Made by a program: the position numbers and the translations under genes. Positions 10,318 through 13,609 of a stretch of DNA of 13,609 nt are shown here, piece by piece. The stretch lies in NCBI GenBank assembly GCA_027053075.1, contig JALUEE010000056.1:1-13609 (forward strand), given 5' to 3'. The notes beneath the pieces are model-generated. The model was given only the letters and a program-made list of their open reading frames with translations, was not told where the DNA came from and did not search any database. Source of the stretch: a candidate division WOR-3 bacterium (GTDB lineage: Bacteria > Hydrothermota > Hydrothermia > B15-G9 > WFZT01). Every line of letters begins with the position of its first letter. The stretch's first letter is position 1.

Positions 10318-11553
10318 ATGTTCTTCGAGGGTTTTGAAAATAAACTAAATCAATGTGTTCACTGTGGTTTATGCCTCTCGGTCTGCCCTACCTACAAAAT
10401 CTTTGGATATGAAACCGATTCTCCGCGTGGTCGAATTACCCTCGTAAAAGCTCTCACAGAGGGACGTCTCACATTTAGTGAGGAATTTGCTGACCACATT
10501 GACAAATGTCTCGACTGCCGCGCATGTCAGACAGCATGCCCATCAGGCGTTCAGTACGGCCTAATCATAGAAGAGGCGAAAGCCTACACTTATATGAAAA
10601 ATCCACCCAACTTTTTCGTCCTGACCCTTAAGAACCTCGTCATGCGAGTCTTTATTCCTTCAAGAAAATGGCTCAGAACCCTCACTTCGTTCCTCTATAT
10701 TTACCAGAAAACCCATTTAAACAAACTTGTGCGGAAGATTCTCCCCAAAAAGCTCAAAGAAATGGAGGAAATGCTCCCTCCTCTACCCTCCCCCGGTGCT
10801 TATTCTTACTTCAAAAAGGACACAGTTTATGAGCCAATAGGAGAGAAAAAAGGAAGGGTTTACTTTTTTGCAGGATGTGTCCAGGATGCATTCTTCCCGA
10901 AAGTAAACCGCGACACCATTGATGTCCTGAGATACAACGGTTATGAGGTGGTTATCCCTGCTGGACAAACTTGCTGCGGTGCCGTGCACATGCACGGCGG
11001 CGATCCGGAATATGCCAAAGTGGTGGCAAAGCAAAACATGGAGGCATTCAGCGAGAATATCCCCATCATCGTTAATGCCGCAGGCTGCGGGGCATTTATG
11101 AAGGAGTATCACCGAATCTTTGGCGAGGAGGCAACCCGTGAATGGAGGACAAGAATTAAAGACATAAACGAATTCCTGGCTGAAAATGGATTTAGAAAAC
11201 CCAAGGGATGGGTTGACCTCAAGATTACCTATCAAGACCCCTGCCACCTTGCTCATGCGCAGGGAATTAGAAAGCAGCCCCGCGAAATTTTGACCTCCAT
11301 TCCGGGTTTGGAGTTTCGTGAAATGAAGCATCCGGATGCCTGCTGTGGGAGTGCGGGTATTTACAACATCGTCCATCATGACATCTCCATGAAGGTGCTC
11401 CAGATGAAGCTTGATGACATAAAGGGCACCGGGGCCGATTTTGTGGTAACGGCCAATACTGGCTGCCAGATTCAGCTCACCTATGGCACCGGTAAACGGG
11501 TCTATCACGTTGTGGAGCTCCTTGCCGAGGCATACCGTAAAGAAGGCTTATGA
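10318..11553 (+). CDS. glcF: Fe-S oxidoreductase, GlcF / HdrD-like (two [4Fe-4S] motifs + two CCG domains)
   Basis: CVHCGLCLSVCPTY...DSPRGRI and CLDCRACQTACPSGV; CCG domain 1 FAGC...TCCG...AGCG; CCG domain 2 YQDPCHL...CCGSAG...ANTGCQIQL. The family is clear but the substrate is not established. Confidence 0.88.
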   Translation: MFFEGFENKLNQCVHCGLCLSVCPTYKIFGYETDSPRGRITLVKALTEGRLTFSEEFADHIDKCLDCRACQTACPSGVQYGLIIEEAKAYTYMKNPPNFFVLTLKNLVMRVFIPSRKWLRTLTSFLYIYQKTHLNKLVRKILPKKLKEMEEMLPPLPSPGAYSYFKKDTVYEPIGEKKGRVYFFAGCVQDAFFPKVNRDTIDVLRYNGYEVVIPAGQTCCGAVHMHGGDPEYAKVVAKQNMEAFSENIPIIVNAAGCGAFMKEYHRIFGEEATREWRTRIKDINEFLAENGFRKPKGWVDLKITYQDPCHLAHAQGIRKQPREILTSIPGLEFREMKHPDACCGSAGIYNIVHHDISMKVLQMKLDDIKGTGADFVVTANTGCQIQLTYGTGKRVYHVVELLAEAYRKEGL

Positions 11554-13202
11554 ACTTCATCCTTTATTTTTTCCTTGCCACATGCCTTTCCTGTCATCAG
11601 GGAATTGAGCAGATCAGCCCCAACCACAATTTTTCATGCGTTTATTGTCATAACGGTGACTCGGCAGCTACCCGCATTGAGGCTGCACATCGTGGACTTA
11701 TACGAAACCCTTCGTCGTTGAATTATGCAGATGAAAAGTGCGGCAAATGTCACGAAGAGATAATCAAAAAAGTCCGATTGTCCCCTCATTCAACGTCAAG
11801 AGGGGAAATAAACATCACAAGATTCCTCTTCGGAGCTCAAAAGTCACCAAAAGGTATCTATTCCACAATTGACGCAGGCAAATTCGTTAAAATTCCTGAG
11901 CCACCAGAACATCCAGAGTCACCGGCCGAAATAGTGGATGATTTACTAAGAAGAAAATGCCTCAGATGTCATATCAATGTAGAAGGGGTTAAAGCCCCGG
12001 GATTTTATCGAGCGTCGGGCTGCGCAGCCTGTCACGTTGTCTATAGTAACGATGGAAAGTATCGGGGAAATGACCGTGCTGTAAGGGGGAAAATAGGCTA
12101 TCCCGAGTTTCACATATTCACGAAAATCATCCCGGATAAGCAGTGTATGCACTGCCACAATGGGAATCGAGTGGGAGCAGATTATCATGGCTTATTCGAG
12201 CACGATTACGAAAAATCTTACCGTTCTCCTGCGGTTTATGAAATAAACGGCAGGAAAGTTGTAAATAGGCTTGTCTGGGGCGACAGTCTGCCTGTCTATG
12301 GCATTGATTTTCATCATCTTGTAGCTGACATCCACGAAAGGAAGGGACTCTGGTGCGTTGACTGCCACAGGGAAGAGGTTATGGGGATGGGGCAGAAAGT
12401 TCGCTGTGAATCCTGCCACGGAGGATTTTCAACTTCACCATCCCCCAAATTTGTCAAAAAAACTGAGGGGTCTTTAATCTTCCAGTCAGTTAACGGAAAA
12501 GCTTACAGGGTCAGGGAATTTAAACCCGACCATCCTGGTCATGACAAAAATCACAGGAAGGTGGCCTGCTCGCTGTGTCATGCTGCCTGGGCTTATGGGG
12601 ACTATGGATTCCATGTGGTCAGGATGGATATACCAAACTACTATCCGTGGCGGAAATTGATTATTCAGGCTGATCCTGTGGTAACTCGATTCCTTCGTAG
12701 AGAGCTCGCAAAGCCATTTAAAAAATGGGATAAACCGGTCGAGAGGGATTTCATTGATGGAAAGATGAAGCCGGGAATTTGGCTTTCGGGCTGGACTACA
12801 AGGCGATGGGAATTTGTGCCCATGGGAGTTGACGGGAATGGGTTTTATCGTGCATTCCGTCCCATGTATCAGTTTTATGTCTCTTATGTCGATAGTGCTG
12901 GTTTTGTGATTTTGGACAGCGAAATTCCTGTTCGTGGTGATGGGAAAAGATGGGGAGCGTTGCCCTACACACCGCACACAATCATGGAGAAAGGCAGGGC
13001 GTGTTTCAAGTGTCATGGCTCCACAGAAGCCCTCGGTCTGGGATACAGGCTGGAGAGTGGGGACTCACTTGGACCGGTGGTGGACAGCATTGTTATCATG
13101 CCCCCAGCTATTCCGCCTGCCCGATTGCTTACACAGGAAGAAATTCGCAAACTCCTTAGACCCATCTCTAAAATCCATCCAGGTGAATTAGAAAAACCTT
13201 AA
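11550..13202 (+). CDS. Decaheme c-type cytochrome (exported)
   Basis: Ten CxxCH motifs: CLSCH, CVYCH, CGKCH, CLRCH, CAACH, CMHCH, CVDCH, CESCH, CSLCH, CFKCH. Hydrophobic N-terminus; ATGA overlap with the upstream gene. Confidence 0.93.
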   Translation: MNFILYFFLATCLSCHQGIEQISPNHNFSCVYCHNGDSAATRIEAAHRGLIRNPSSLNYADEKCGKCHEEIIKKVRLSPHSTSRGEINITRFLFGAQKSPKGIYSTIDAGKFVKIPEPPEHPESPAEIVDDLLRRKCLRCHINVEGVKAPGFYRASGCAACHVVYSNDGKYRGNDRAVRGKIGYPEFHIFTKIIPDKQCMHCHNGNRVGADYHGLFEHDYEKSYRSPAVYEINGRKVVNRLVWGDSLPVYGIDFHHLVADIHERKGLWCVDCHREEVMGMGQKVRCESCHGGFSTSPSPKFVKKTEGSLIFQSVNGKAYRVREFKPDHPGHDKNHRKVACSLCHAAWAYGDYGFHVVRMDIPNYYPWRKLIIQADPVVTRFLRRELAKPFKKWDKPVERDFIDGKMKPGIWLSGWTTRRWEFVPMGVDGNGFYRAFRPMYQFYVSYVDSAGFVILDSEIPVRGDGKRWGALPYTPHTIMEKGRACFKCHGSTEALGLGYRLESGDSLGPVVDSIVIMPPAIPPARLLTQEEIRKLLRPISKIHPGELEKP

Positions 13203-13326
13203 ATTTTCCCGTGTCGCTTTGCCCAAAGTGTTTTTTCTAATCTCATAAAGCAAAAAATTTCTTTTCCGGTGCTTGAATGTAAACTCAGGATATGAGGGAT
13301 TTTTCATTTGAAATTTAAAAAATTCT

Positions 13327-13388
13327 AATGTAACCCCTCACCTCAATCCTCTCCCCGCAAAAATTTATGCGGCGAGAGGAGTTTTGTG
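13327..13388 (+). repeat. REP-like element copy B
   Basis: aatgtaacccctcacctcaatcctctccccgcaaaaatttatgcggcgagaggagttttgtg, near-identical to 4710-4774. Stem 13347-13359 / 13368-13380 with one mismatch. Confidence 0.85.
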
Positions 13389-13567
13389 GATTGAGAAGCA
13401 AGTTTTTACCTGTGAGAAATATCCTCTCGCAGAACCACTCCTCAATGATCCCGCATCTCTCAGGTTTCGCTCAAGCCAAATCCCCCTCCTCCTCCTATAA
13501 TGTTTGTTGTTATTTATTATGGTTATCACCCACAATATAGAGAAAAACTTTAGAGGAGGTGGAATGA

Positions 13568-13609
13568 GTGGTTTTTAGATCTTTCCCCTCCTTGGGGCTT
13601 GACCCCGGT
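13568..13609 (+). CDS. Possible start of the next gene, truncated by the window end
   Basis: Strong SD AGGAGG (13554-13559) lies 8 nt before a GTG whose frame is open to the window end (MVFRSFPSLGLDPG). A TATAAT occurs at 13496-13501. Only 14 codons are visible. Confidence 0.3.
   Translation, partial: MVFRSFPSLGLDPG

Noticed and set aside
10783..11508. 241-aa minus-strand ORF
   Set aside because: Lies entirely antisense to glcF, has no recognisable motifs and is best explained as a shadow ORF.
11550..11600. Lipobox at LATC in the cytochrome
   Set aside because: Thr at -1 is atypical and the Cys is the first residue of a CxxCH heme motif.
12486..13191. Several 61-176 aa alternative-frame or antisense ORFs
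   Set aside because: Nested within the well-supported cytochrome gene and show no protein-like motifs.

Overview
A bacterial chromosomal window with seven clear protein-coding genes and AT-rich, hairpin-rich spacers. In order: the 3' part of a Zn-dependent alcohol dehydrogenase; an AT-rich RNA 2'-phosphotransferase (kptA) that looks archaeal; a 1068-aa, probably secreted FG-GAP/transglutaminase-like protein; a stand-alone EF-G (fusA) with its own promoter and terminator; a 67K-type SppA with an extra N-terminal domain that looks like an outer-membrane beta-barrel; and a likely leaderless two-gene operon coupling a GlcF-type Fe-S/CCG protein to a decaheme cytochrome c. Intergenic regions hold several copies of a REP-like palindromic repeat family. 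The three presumably exported proteins all have very short, uncharged N-terminal hydrophobic leaders. I found no CRISPR array, tRNA, rRNA or transposase. The best candidates for undescribed biology are the barrel-SppA fusion together with the minimal signal peptides, and the GlcF-decaheme operon. Both are inferences that need database and structure checks.
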